Assembly (NCBI GenBank): GCA_020184695.1
Contig: JAANOX010000033.1
Coordinates: 374,676 to 438,675 of the forward strand
DNA from: Histomonas meleagridis 2922-C6/04-290x
Lineage: Eukaryota > Protista > Parabasalia
Direction of reading: 5' to 3'
Length of the DNA stretch: 64,000 nt
Under the pieces are notes generated by a model. It was not told where the DNA came from and did not search any database. It saw only the letters and a program-made list of their open reading frames with translations. Within the stretch, counting starts at the first letter, position 1; every line of letters starts with the position of its first letter. Below are positions 1 through 11,366 of this stretch, piece after piece. A program made the position numbers and the translations under genes.

Positions 1-846
1 AGGCAGTTCTTTCTCGGACTCTTCTTCATTCTCATCATTATTTTCAGGTTCTTCGTTTTTCTCTTCTTCCTCCGAAATGTATTCCATGAAATATCCATTC
101 GGAGCGACCATTGTTGAAGACGTAATACGAGCGATAAGAGTACGTAAATAAACATCTTCCGTAACTTCAAATGGTATAATGGAATGAATCGCTGAGCTTA
201 AATCCCCGCTGAGTTGCCATGTAATTTGTCGAGATCGGACAATGTCACTTGGCCGTAAATCTGGAAGACGAACCCAGTCATCAAATGGCGATTTAGTGGA
301 ATAATATACATAACGATTAACACCAACGCCAACTTCGGGTGGAACATCATATGGACCAACTGCAGGAATATCATTGGATCGGAATTCTAAACTAATGTCT
401 GCTTCGGCTATGTACAAATTACCTTTGGGAGTGTTGAATAGGCCCCAAAAACGAACATTGGAGATTTCATCTGACTCTGCAAGTTTGATGAGTGAACACT
501 GCAACATTAAAGACGACTCTTGACTGAGGGTAATACCAATAGAGGACCACTTGTCAAGAGTATCAAAAAATGTGGTATCAAGTTTGGAACGTGAATCGGA
601 ATTGAGTTCTTCTAAGAGGGTAATGATAGATGTGCAACGATCAAGCTCTTCTTCAGGAACACCTGGTGATTGAGTTTTGGTTTGAACATGACGTTGCTTC
701 CAAAGAAGAGTTGACATTGTTTCGATCGAGCCTAGTGGATCTGCTGGTTGTTCTCTTACAATAGCTTGGAGGAGATCTCCAATATGTTTCGAAAGTGTAT
801 ATTTTCCATATTTTTGGTGCTCTAATGAAGATAATTTTTCCTGCAT
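1..846 (-). CDS. Radial spoke head protein RSP4/6 family, runs off the window edge (3' partial)
   Basis: Manual translation from the ATG at 846 (MQEKLSSLEHQKY...REQPADPLGSIE) is open to position 1. It has the motifs VRFWGLF..KGNLYIAE, GVGVNRYVYY, WVRLPDLRP, RQITWQLSGDL and YLRTLIARITSSTMVAPNG, followed by an acidic stretch. It is absent from the ORF track because no stop lies inside the window. Confidence 0.75.
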   Translation of the reverse strand, partial: MQEKLSSLEHQKYGKYTLSKHIGDLLQAIVREQPADPLGSIETMSTLLWKQRHVQTKTQSPGVPEEELDRCTSIITLLEELNSDSRSKLDTTFFDTLDKWSSIGITLSQESSLMLQCSLIKLAESDEISNVRFWGLFNTPKGNLYIAEADISLEFRSNDIPAVGPYDVPPEVGVGVNRYVYYSTKSPFDDWVRLPDLRPSDIVRSRQITWQLSGDLSSAIHSIIPFEVTEDVYLRTLIARITSSTMVAPNGYFMEYISEEEEKNEEPENNDENEEESEKELP

Positions 847-1084
847 AATGGAAGAAGTAACGGATTTGTCAAAACCGCAATATAGGCAGTTATATTACTA
901 AAAATCATTTCAATACTTTATGACACTCCGATCAAAATGCATTGATTTTTGGTTTCAGAAGCAAAGCAAATCAACTTGAGTTGGTAATATAAATCTTGTT
1001 AGGTATTTTCTGACTGGAAGGTAACGTCAAAATGGCATGTTTGTTCAATGGAATTGGGAATATTAAACTTGTTAGTTTTATATT

Positions 1085-1325
1085 AAATAAAAAATCAAAT
1101 GGTATCAATGCTTAAAATGTTTTTTTAATATTTCTTTGTATTATTTGAACTTTGGTTTAATAATCTGAAATTTCAAAATAATATTTGGAAATTGTATAAT
1201 TTATTTGAAACATCACTGATGAAAAAGGTTATACAGAAATAGTCTAATTATATCTTCAACAAAAAGGAATTGATATTAATGCTATAAATATTTATTCGTT
1301 TTATTTGATATTTCAAAATAATATA
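1085..1325 (+). pseudogene. Degenerate solo remnant of the interrupted ankyrin repeat family
   Basis: Contains tttcaaaataatatttggaaatt...tttgaaacatcact and caacaaaaaggaattgatattaatgct, the same spacer and module motifs as the arrays, with internal deletions and stops. Confidence 0.7.
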
Positions 1326-2087
1326 TGATGAAGAGTGTTGTTCAAAAAGTTGGAGATTTTATATGATAAAACAATTAATTAATTAAATTCCATGAAAGAC
1401 AGAACATTTGGATATTCAAGTTTAAAATATTACAAAAATGCAAAGTTTTTCGAAAACAATATTCAAAATAGATTATGTTCATTATGTATCAAAATTCTCA
1501 AAAGCAATTCTTAACATTTTGGTATACATATGATGAAAGTATTTGGATTGAGAATTATACTCGTGAAGGGCGTTTTTGTAGAAAAATTGTTTTTCAGTTT
1601 TTTTGTTCTAAAGATTGGATAATTGAACATTTTTAAAAAAGTAAATTTACTGTTTAACGATATTAACTGAAAGTTTTATAGAAATTTTGTCAAGCTGCCG
1701 ATAGAAACATAAAGATTCTGGCATCGTTCTCTCGAAATTGATATCGGCCAATTGAAACTTATCGGTTGTGCAGAAAAAGTTGTGTCTTTCAATTCTGAAT
1801 TATAATTTACAAAATTCAAAACCTCATTTTATTGAAATCCTTCTTTGATCATGAAGTTTTTTTGGAACTTCAGTTTTTAAAATTTTATTTTCACAAAAAA
1901 ACATTGGGAAATTTTATACGGAATGAGTAGATGAAATTATTTCCTAGATAAAAATTTTTATTCAATCATTTCTGGCTATTACTGTCAATTTTTGTTAAGT
2001 GGGAACAAAAGTGGAATTGAATTGACGATCGTTTTAATCACTTTTTCAATATAACGAAAAAACCGAAAAATTGGTTGAAGCTTCAAA

Positions 2088-3034
2088 ATGAACAAACAAC
2101 CCGAAGAACCTGCATCATCAAGGCGCTTCATGTCTCTTGGAGGTGATATGCACCTTCCGCCACAGAAAGTTGGTCAACAAAAGTTCGCGCCATCCAATTT
2201 AAATTCATCATCTTTCGTTCCAAAAGTTGAGAACCCCCTTGTAAATCAATTTCCCGACATATTTACTACATGTCCAGAGCTTCGTAAATTCCAAATGCCA
2301 TCACTATTTTCAAAATCAGAATCAAATGAAGAGCAAGATCAAAATAAAAATCAAAACAAACCAGAAGAAGTTCAACAACGAGAAGAGCCCCAACCTGTAC
2401 AAATTTCACAACCAAGACCTTTTGTTTTTCAAAGATTCCAAGTAATTCCTTTTCAATTTTTCACTGGTTTTCAACCATTTGCACCTATAATTAAGCCGTA
2501 TGTTTCCACCGGGATTTCCTCTTTTTAACAGTGGAATTTTCGGTCTTTTCGAACTCACTAACTCATAGACATGAACTTGGATTTGTACCAAAAAGCGAGT
2601 GGCCACCACAGCTATGTACTCTCCGTGACCTACAACAGATGTACTTCACACGTAGGAATGGAATCAGTCGTCGCTTTGATTTTAAACTTTACAATGCATT
2701 AAGGATCACAAAGGCATTTCCTGACGCGTACCCATACATTGGAGCAATTTGGATTGGTCAGAACATCATGAAGATACACTCACAAAGGTTTGCTGAACTC
2801 CTTGGAATTCATGCTGTTCAAGGAGGATTATTCCACAAACAAGGAAATTTCTCAAGGCATGGGTTTGTACAGGTACACAAGCAAAGTCCAGAGTCGTTGG
2901 CACTAAATATAAACTTATGGGATGTAGATGATTACAATGTAAGGTTGTTCACTGACCAGCAAAACAGATTCTCCAGAGATAAAGAATTCGACGTGTCAGA
3001 AATAGTTGGTGAGAAGCCTGACATTGTCGAGTGA
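2088..3034 (+). CDS. Two-exon gene (2088-2497 + 2569-3034, 291 aa): Q/P/N-rich N-terminus plus initiator-binding-domain (IBD)-like C-terminal domain
   Basis: Two ORF-track ORFs in different frames are joined in frame (..IIKP|HELG..) by the intron at 2498-2568. The C-terminal FDFKLYNAL..GAIW..FAELLGI..LFHKQGNFSRHGF resembles the parabasalid IBD-like family; that domain call is from memory. Confidence 0.7.
2498..2568 (+). other. Spliceosomal intron, 71 nt, parabasalid type
   Basis: 5' GTATGT at 2498; fused branch point/3' splice site ACTAACTCATAG at 2557-2568 (cf. Trichomonas ACTAACACACAG). Removal restores the frame and deletes the TAA at 2526-2528. Confidence 0.88.
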
Positions 3035-3201
3035 AGCTGAATTAAAATTATATTGTTGATAAATCCCTCAAAACTTAACGAGGATGATAATTTTCGGTTG
3101 AAAATTTGAATGGTGTTGTTATCAAAACCGTTAAGTAAATTTTAGAATGTCTTCAAAAGTTTATAATTTAGAAAAAGTGACTTCCGTACGTTAATAAAGA
3201 A

Positions 3202-4611
3202 ATGAACATCGGTTATAAGAAACAAAACACAATTAAAAATCTTCGAAAGAATAATAGAACTAATGAAGAGAATGTGAATAAGATCGATCCTTCGTCCGAA
3301 GCTACAGCTCAAACTTTGTCTCGTTTAATTAATGAAAATTTTCAAAATAATAATTATGATGATTCAATTGAATACATTCACCAATTATCGAATCTACTGT
3401 ATACAACAGAAATAAGGTGTATTGATTATATTAAGATAAACAATATTCCCGATATTTTATTATTTTTTCTCCAGAATGACAAAAATACAAATTTTAAAAT
3501 AATTTCACTTAATTGTATTACACTTTTAACAGCTAGGACACCCAATCTTTGTAGTGAGTTTTGTCAGCCAACGTTAATTGGCAATTTGATTACAATGTTA
3601 AGAACAGAAAAAGATCAAACACATTTAGCCAAAATAATAACCCTTATTTATAATTTACTTTGCACTAAATTTCAACCTGCTATAAACTTTTTTTTGGAAA
3701 ATATGACTTTTCCAGAACTTCGAGAAATAATTAGAGGCAAATCAAATGGAGATCTTATATCCAGCTGTTTTGATTTGTTTCAACTAATCACCCAATATCC
3801 GATTGAATCAAATGCGTGTGGTGAATTATTGGTACTCATCAAAGATTTTTCAATCACAATCGATAAAGATGATTTAACTCAATCATTTTCATATATTATA
3901 AGCCATCTTATTGAAACGAATTCTTTAAATTATGAAGCATTTGATCAACTTGGTTATTTTGATATGATAAATAATAAATTGAAAGATATGAATCAGAAAA
4001 ATATTCCTTCTTTATGTAGAATAATATCTTCCCTTTACAATAAATACAAATGTAATTATTTGTTTGATATTGATAGATTAAAATCATTAATATTTCATGA
4101 AAAAAGCATGAAAAAAGAAGATGAACAAAATGCTGTTTCTGCAGCATATGCATTTCATAGTTGTCTAAAGGTAAATCATGACTTAACAATTGAATTAATA
4201 AATGAAGATTTTATAGCCACTATAATCAAATGCTTCCAATACAGAACAATAAAATGTAAAGTTGCTATCATAAAAATTATTCATGAATTATGTTTCAATG
4301 CAACCGAAGACATGATAAAATTTTTATTGATTGATGTAAACAAAGTTTCTATCTTAACATTAGTTTCTGAAATTCTCGAAATACTAAATGAAGATGTTAT
4401 ACTTGAAGCATTGGATATAATTTATCAAATAATCCAAATTTCTGAATACAACATTGTATTCTCAGAAAGGTGCATGAATTTGTTTCTAGAAGCTTTTCCA
4501 AATAAAGGACTTTTTACATCATTTTCAACTTACGACGAAAATATTTCGCAAAAAGCTTCACTTATAGAAACATATATAACATCAAAACTCGAAGAGGAGG
4601 ATACATCATAA
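3202..4611 (+). CDS. ARM/HEAT-repeat-like helical protein, 469 aa
   Basis: Long intact ATG-initiated ORF with Leu/Ile-rich amphipathic helical periodicity; no specific family recognised. Confidence 0.5.
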   Translation: MNIGYKKQNTIKNLRKNNRTNEENVNKIDPSSEATAQTLSRLINENFQNNNYDDSIEYIHQLSNLLYTTEIRCIDYIKINNIPDILLFFLQNDKNTNFKIISLNCITLLTARTPNLCSEFCQPTLIGNLITMLRTEKDQTHLAKIITLIYNLLCTKFQPAINFFLENMTFPELREIIRGKSNGDLISSCFDLFQLITQYPIESNACGELLVLIKDFSITIDKDDLTQSFSYIISHLIETNSLNYEAFDQLGYFDMINNKLKDMNQKNIPSLCRIISSLYNKYKCNYLFDIDRLKSLIFHEKSMKKEDEQNAVSAAYAFHSCLKVNHDLTIELINEDFIATIIKCFQYRTIKCKVAIIKIIHELCFNATEDMIKFLLIDVNKVSILTLVSEILEILNEDVILEALDIIYQIIQISEYNIVFSERCMNLFLEAFPNKGLFTSFSTYDENISQKASLIETYITSKLEEEDTS

Positions 4612-5230
4612 AACAAAATAAAATATTATGTCAAAAGCGAAAAAATATAAATATATTAAACATAAAATTCATGAAAGCATAAATTTAATAATTAAGATTA
4701 AAATTATCTTTTAAATATATTTAAATCATAAATATATGTTAATATTACAAATTATTATGATGAATCACAGCTTTATGCATATTTGAATAGTTTACATAAA
4801 ATGGAGAATTGATCATTATGGATTTTCTCTGGCAAATACTTATCAAAATTTCAAGTATAAAAAAATGCTGGATTACATATGTTTTTAGTTTAGAATATAC
4901 TTATGATAATAAATTGAATAAAATAAAGAATTTGGTGCGTGTGAGTATTTGAGGCTCAAAATGGCAAAAATCAATAAATGGTCATATAAGAAGTAAAAAA
5001 AGATGAGTGGTTTGACTTTGTTTGTTTTGCTAATTTTTTGGAAAGCTCTCTTTTGGGCTTAAGAATGAAAATTTCTGGAACAAAAGTGGTTTCGAAAAAT
5101 TGTGCCACACTTCTTTTTTGTAAAACTTAAACTTCTCAAAAAGTTCAAACACATTTAACCGCATCTGATTTGAATACTTGTATATTCAATATTTGAATGA
5201 TTGTTTTTGGGAGATAATTTATTATTTTAG

Positions 5231-6465
5231 ATGATATTAAATTTAGCGTTATGTTTTTAATGCATTTATCTCATATAGTATACTATACGAAAATGGTACC
5301 TTTATTATTTATGATTCTAATGGATTTGAAGAAGCAACTAAAAATAAAGATAATTATAACACATATTATCATCGATAGCAATGTTAGTGAAATTCCATCT
5401 GAAGTTTTTAAGGATTGGGGTTCATTATTATATGTCGAAATTGGGGAAAAGGTAAATATTATTGGTAACTTTTCTTTTGCAGGATGCGTTTCATTACATA
5501 CTGCAATAATTGGAAGTGTAACAATAATTAAAGATTCTGCATTTCGAGCCTGTACTGCATTAGAAAATTTTTCATTACCATATTCAGTCACTTCATTAGG
5601 AACATTTGCATTTGCTGAATGTAAATCATTACCAAATATTGTAATTCCATCTTCTGTTACTTCAATTGGACAATATGCATTTTATCGTTGTTATAAATTC
5701 ACAGCTATTTCAATTCCATCTTATGTTACTACAATCGAAAGTAGTTTATTTTATCAATGTAACTCACTAATGCGTATTATTATTCCATCTTCTGTTACTT
5801 CAATTGAAAAAAAATGCATTTTCTCAATGTTTCAAATTGAATTGTATATATTATTATGGTGACAAAGAACCATCAATTTCATCAGATGCCTTCACATCAG
5901 TTCCGGCAGTATATGTAATGACACCAAATTCATATGAAAGTGACAAGTTTGGATCACTTGAAGCATACAAAGGGAATACCTTTGATGGATGTTCCCCATG
6001 GCCAACTCAATCTTTTACACAATCAAATACATATTCAAATACATTTTCGCAATCAAGCACATTTTATCATTCGCAACAAGCTGATTTAACATTTATACAC
6101 TCTATAACAATTATTAATTCATTTTCAATTACAAATACAATTACAGAAACAGTTTTCATAACAAATACATTAACACTTTCTCAAATTAATCAAGAATATA
6201 CATATATAGATACACAAATCTCTTATTATGATTCAATAATTACTGAGTTTTATTCGTATTTCAGTTTTTCTTATGATAACATTTCATTGAAATAAGTAAT
6301 TTCGAAGATAATGATGATAATACTGTTGCAATAGCTGTTGGAATATGTGTTCCTGTTGCTGTAATATTAATAGTTATTTTAATTCTATTTTTAGTAATTC
6401 GTAAAAGAAAGATTAAAGAAAGCAGTGAAGGAAACTATGTTGAAGAAAAAGACACCGAACTATGA
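5231..6465 (+). pseudogene. BspA-like (TpLRR) surface protein with signal peptide, S/T-rich stalk and C-terminal TM, broken by 3-4 frameshifts
   Basis: TpLRR repeats (IPSSVTSIGQYAFYRC, LPYSVTSLGTFAF), PTQSFTQSNT stalk, TM segment VAIAVGICVPVAVILIVILILFLVI followed by RKRK and TGA at 6463-6465. Frame changes near 5257, 5355, 5810 and 6290. Confidence 0.8.
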
Positions 6466-6747
6466 GAAATTTTATGAATAAACATTAGCTCTCATTTCGC
6501 TATAGACATTTTTAGAGTTTAGATTTTGAGATGAGGTTAGTTACATCTAAACAATCGAAACTTTTAGATATCAATTTGACATCCAGATTCTTTTCGTACA
6601 AATTTAACTTTAAAAACGAAGTTTAAACATGATCAAATTACACTACATTAACACAGATTGGATTTATAGGGCCAAAAACTTATAAGTATGAAAAATATGA
6701 ATTGTGTAGATGTAATATTTTATTATAAAGTTTAATGTTTATTTACT

Positions 6748-7551
6748 TTATATTTTCTTACAAGGAAAAGTAACTTCGCTAAGAATTTTGAGTGGGTTTT
6801 TAGGCAGATGCCATCCCCAAACACATAAATTACCAGTGAGAGAAACAGAATTTACCAAAATATCGTCCTTTGTCATGGCTGAAATTCGTGGCACATAAAC
6901 AACAGAATTTTTGGAAAGTATCAAATTATATGCAGAATGCTCATCATCAAAAGAAGCCGTTTCTAGAAGCTCATTGTACGCATCTTCTATTGTCGTTGGT
7001 TTATAGTCTTTGATATGTGTTGAATGATATAAAAAAGGAAGTTTGATGTTGGATGCCATGGCATCAAAAACTGGTCCTTTCATATCAGGAATAAACTGAA
7101 GGTGTTTATGTAATTGGGAACATCCAGACTCTTTACCAGAGTTATAGTAAGCAAATCCTCTTCCATTAAATTCAGTAAGAATTTTTGAAAATGCATGAAA
7201 ATCAGTTGAATTAAGTTTGTCGCCTTGCACTCCATTCTTATCTCGCGAAGAGATAACTATGTGACCTGGTTTTTGCATGAATTTATTTATTAAAATATGA
7301 TGATTTGCTCCATCAAGAAGATCACAAACATGAAGGTTTGAATCAAATGGTGGTAACAGTGGATCACCTTTGCTTTTGGTATTTGATTCTGTTTTAATAA
7401 AATTTTGAATTAAATTCATATTATAAAAATGAAAAATAAAAAGAATACCATTTTCTGTGGTACATTTTATATCCGGCAAAATAAGTTGGAATGCATTTTT
7501 TGATTTAATAGCAATTTTGCATTGGTTGATAATTTTGGATTTTAACGACAT
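6748..7551 (-). CDS. ATP adenylyltransferase / Ap4A phosphorylase (Apa-type, HxHxQ)
   Basis: Motifs DPLLPPFD.NLHV, LINKF..PGHIVI and AYYNSGKESGCSQLHKHLQF. Confidence 0.82.
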   Translation of the reverse strand: MSLKSKIINQCKIAIKSKNAFQLILPDIKCTTENGILFIFHFYNMNLIQNFIKTESNTKSKGDPLLPPFDSNLHVCDLLDGANHHILINKFMQKPGHIVISSRDKNGVQGDKLNSTDFHAFSKILTEFNGRGFAYYNSGKESGCSQLHKHLQFIPDMKGPVFDAMASNIKLPFLYHSTHIKDYKPTTIEDAYNELLETASFDDEHSAYNLILSKNSVVYVPRISAMTKDDILVNSVSLTGNLCVWGWHLPKNPLKILSEVTFPCKKI

Positions 7552-7742
7552 GATTTGAATTGTAAACGTTCGGAAATTAACGGTTATTTCATCATCTCCA
7601 ATTTGTTCGACATTAAATCGATTTCATTGCGAAATGTTATAATAAATCCTCTTAAGCGTAAAGCCTCAAAATTAAATTTCAACAACTTTAATATGGAAAC
7701 CATAAAAACAAAACATTATTTTATATTATATTTACAAACAAA

Positions 7743-9797
7743 TTATTGTTTTACTTTTTTTCTTTTTCTTTTTCTTGTCTTCTTCACTTCAGCTTCATAA
7801 ACTTCTTCATTATTCTTTTTCATTTCCATTATTTCTTGTATGTTTATTCGTATCAAATCTTTTGTTTCTTCGATTTTCTTTCGTAATGTGTCCAATTCTT
7901 TCCTTTTCTTTTCTTGTTCCTCTTTAATTTCTGATGTTTTCTTTGTTAATGCATTTTTTATTCGCGTTCTTTTCATCGAAATTTTACTTAGTTCATTTAT
8001 TGCATCTTTTTGTCTTTTTTCTAATTCGTTTTTCGTTGTCTTAAATTCGAGTTCTTTTTTCCGATTTAATTCATATATTTCGATTCGTTTGATTTTCACT
8101 TCTTCATAATGTTTCTCTTTCTCTTCGAGTTCGGTTTCTTTTAGGATTTTGGTGTCTTTAAGTTGTTGTTCTTTAACTTTTTGTTCTTTTTGTGCACTTT
8201 CAACTTCATTTCGTCGCGTTTTAATGTCATTTCGACATTTGTAAAGACGATTTTCTTCTTCTTTAAGATAATTTATGTGATTGTTCGCAAGTTCAATGAT
8301 GTTGGAACTAATCTTTCGTTTATGTTGATCAATACATTTGGAAAGATTAATATATGAACGTGAACTAAAATCATTGTTATCAATGTTAAGATCAGAGATA
8401 ATGCAATTGGCTTTAAGAGAATGAAGTAATGACTCAGCAGTTTGATCATTTAGCTCATTATTGGATAGTGATAAAGTAATAAGATATTTGTTATTAAGAA
8501 GTGAATTTGCAATGTCGACGCCGCTTTTGTCAGTAAGGAGATTATCGTCCAAATAGAGTTTTTGAAGTGAAGGATGATTATTGATTGCTTCTGCTAAAGA
8601 TAATCCTGCCTCATCACCAATTTCTGTGTTTGATAGGTCAAGAGAAATTAGAGTAGTATTTGATTTAAGGGCTGAACCAATTAAACTATTATCTTTGAGT
8701 TTATTTTTGGATATGTTTAAATATTTGAGACTTTTAGTATTAAGAATAAGAGAATGAAAAAAGAACACACTTTCTTGATCAAAATTATTATGGGAGAGAG
8801 AAAGTTTTTGAAGTTTTAATCCGTTTTGGGATACCCCTAAAAGTGACTTTAGAAATGGGGTGCCCAATAAATTGTAACTTAAATCAATGGATTTTATTGT
8901 TTTGGATTGAGCAATTTGTTTACAAATTGCTGTAGAAGCTTCATTGCCAATGGAATTTCGTGATAAGATTAAAACTTCAAGTGAGCCAAATGATCCATCA
9001 TATTGAAAAAGAGAATTTACACCAATTGAACCAAATTGATTGGACGATAAATCAATAACAGAAAGAGAATTATTTTTTGTCAATGCATTCCCTATATGTT
9101 CACAGCCTTCAGCTGTTATTCCACATAATGAAATATTTAACAGTGAAAGTGTTTGGTTTTGAGCTAATAAATCACTGAGTTTTTTGCATCCATTTACGTC
9201 AACTCGGTTTCTTTGAACACCATTTGCAGCACTAATGTCAAGTTCAGTAAGATGAGTGTTTTTAACAAGACATTCGAACAATAACATTGTTCCTTTTGCT
9301 CCAATTGCATTAGATCGGAGGTCAAGATAAATAATAGGGGGATTTGTTGCCATAAAATCACTAAGTATTTTAGTTCCTTCATCGCCAAGGACATTGGAAC
9401 TCAGGCTCAAAACATTAAAGTTTGGGTTGTTTCGTAATATTTGAATAATGTATTTAATGCAATATGAATTTAAACCAAGATCATTTAATTTCAATGATTT
9501 TTTGAAAATTGAGCTCATGAATTGCTCCACAAAACGCTTTTTTGCGGCAATATTAGGTAGTAATTCCAAATCTTTACATTTTTCATGATATATTAATGAA
9601 GCTATTTCTTGCATATCAATATTTTCTTCACGTAATTTTGGTAACACTGAAAGACGAGGGATCTTGTTAGTTTTTTTCAGAGGTTCTTTGGAATATTTTG
9701 AATGTTTTTGATTTATCTGATAACTTAACACCAAGCGATTTAACTTATGATCTATTTGATTTCTATAACTTGAGCTTAGAAATCGCTTTGGGTTCAT
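7743..9797 (-). CDS. RNI-like leucine-rich repeat protein with C-terminal coiled coil, 684 aa
   Basis: Repeated LxxLxLSxNxLGxxG units (e.g. LDLRSNAIGAKG, LYLDDNLLTDKSG) followed by a K/E-rich heptad region. Confidence 0.85.
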   Translation of the reverse strand: MNPKRFLSSSYRNQIDHKLNRLVLSYQINQKHSKYSKEPLKKTNKIPRLSVLPKLREENIDMQEIASLIYHEKCKDLELLPNIAAKKRFVEQFMSSIFKKSLKLNDLGLNSYCIKYIIQILRNNPNFNVLSLSSNVLGDEGTKILSDFMATNPPIIYLDLRSNAIGAKGTMLLFECLVKNTHLTELDISAANGVQRNRVDVNGCKKLSDLLAQNQTLSLLNISLCGITAEGCEHIGNALTKNNSLSVIDLSSNQFGSIGVNSLFQYDGSFGSLEVLILSRNSIGNEASTAICKQIAQSKTIKSIDLSYNLLGTPFLKSLLGVSQNGLKLQKLSLSHNNFDQESVFFFHSLILNTKSLKYLNISKNKLKDNSLIGSALKSNTTLISLDLSNTEIGDEAGLSLAEAINNHPSLQKLYLDDNLLTDKSGVDIANSLLNNKYLITLSLSNNELNDQTAESLLHSLKANCIISDLNIDNNDFSSRSYINLSKCIDQHKRKISSNIIELANNHINYLKEEENRLYKCRNDIKTRRNEVESAQKEQKVKEQQLKDTKILKETELEEKEKHYEEVKIKRIEIYELNRKKELEFKTTKNELEKRQKDAINELSKISMKRTRIKNALTKKTSEIKEEQEKKRKELDTLRKKIEETKDLIRINIQEIMEMKKNNEEVYEAEVKKTRKRKRKKVKQ

Positions 9798-9920
9798 GAA
9801 AAAATGCTTCTAAAAGAAGAAATTTAAATCGGCTTTGAAAAAAACGTATTTTGTGGGGGTGCCCCAAAAACAAAAAATTTTAAAAAAATTTGTTTTTTAT
9901 TAGTTATGAAATGAGGGAAG

Positions 9921-10718
9921 TTATTCTTTTGGTTCTTCTTTAGCTTCTTCTTTTGGTTCTTCTTTCTTTTCTTCTTCCTTAGGTTCTTCTTTCTTTTCTT
10001 CTTCCTTCTTTTCTTCAGACTTTGGTTCTTCTTTCTTTACTTCAGATTTTGGTTCTTCTTTCTTTTCATCTTTTTGAGCTCTTTTGGCCTTTAAATCATT
10101 TATGTATTTTTCGATGAAATCACCAGCAGGAGTCATTGTAAGAATAGCTGGGATAGCAAGGGCAAAAATAACGAGAATGAGCATTAAAATAAAGAAGTTG
10201 ATGAGCTTGAAAATACATCCAATAATTATTGAACAGATGATGAGAGCTGATGTATCAACAATATTTGGGCAAAGATATGTGCGGTAAACAAAGAAAGCAA
10301 CTCTCCATCCCCACTTAAGTAAAGGTGCAAAATATGGAACGATTTCTTCAAGACTACGTACACGTCTTTTGTTATCAGCAGCAAGCTCTGGTAATTTTGC
10401 TAAGTATAGCTTACGAAGATATTTCATACCACCTAAGCAATAGAATAAATGGAATGTTGGAACAAGAATAACTGCTGAAACAAGTGATGGGAATGTTTTT
10501 GAAAGTAGATACGCTAAGAAGAAATACCCGATGAAGCCAATAGCCAACACGATGAAAAGTGGGATGTTGTGGAGAAGAAGAGCAGCTTGAATTTGTAAAA
10601 CGTCTTGTTCAATTGGTTTCATAACTGAAACAAATTTAGCATTCACATCTTTTTCGCGGTATCCAGCTAAAGGATATAAATTGTCTTGAATGAGAGTGTT
10701 TTCAATGTTGAGTCTCAT
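9921..10718 (-). CDS. Multi-pass membrane protein with C-terminal EEKKEEPK low-complexity repeats, 265 aa
   Basis: Two long hydrophobic regions and a charged repeat tail encoded at about 9925-10075. Confidence 0.6.
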   Translation of the reverse strand: MRLNIENTLIQDNLYPLAGYREKDVNAKFVSVMKPIEQDVLQIQAALLLHNIPLFIVLAIGFIGYFFLAYLLSKTFPSLVSAVILVPTFHLFYCLGGMKYLRKLYLAKLPELAADNKRRVRSLEEIVPYFAPLLKWGWRVAFFVYRTYLCPNIVDTSALIICSIIIGCIFKLINFFILMLILVIFALAIPAILTMTPAGDFIEKYINDLKAKRAQKDEKKEEPKSEVKKEEPKSEEKKEEEKKEEPKEEEKKEEPKEEAKEEPKE

Positions 10719-11366
10719 GAAAAATGATCGAATGTTTAACGGTTACTGAAACTTTTTGAATAATAATTGTAAACAAGGTGATCAGTTGCTTTCCATTTGA
10801 TTTGGAGTAATTTCACCGTATTCGATCATTTCATCTTTTCTCTTTTATGAATTTATTTGTTTTAAAACTTATTCCTAGGAAATGCTATAGCATTATTATT
10901 GAATTGTGAAGTTTAACTGTATAAAATGGAAAAATAAATTTGTAAAATTTGGTAATCCTTCAGCAACAAGGAATTGATATAATGTGAAAAATTGTGGTAA
11001 ACAAAATGTTAATGTTATACGATTATTATCGTTCATTATCACATAAATTAATAGTAATTACTGTTAATTAACAGAAAGCAATTTCATTGAAAATATTTTT
11101 TTACATTTGAGGATTTACTAAATTGAAAGCATTTACATCACTGCGAGTAATAGACGAACCTGGTATATATGAGATTTAATAAATAAGAACAAATTACTAT
11201 AAAAGTTTACTTAACTAAAAAAAAAACTTATTATTCTTTCGTCCTTTAGATAAATTTCATTTCTTTGTATTGTTGTCAACCAATATCTTGTGTGTTTGCT
11301 TTTTGTTTGCCTGTTTGTTTCTCTTATTGACATGTTATATGAAATAAATAAGTTTTAGTTGTTTTC

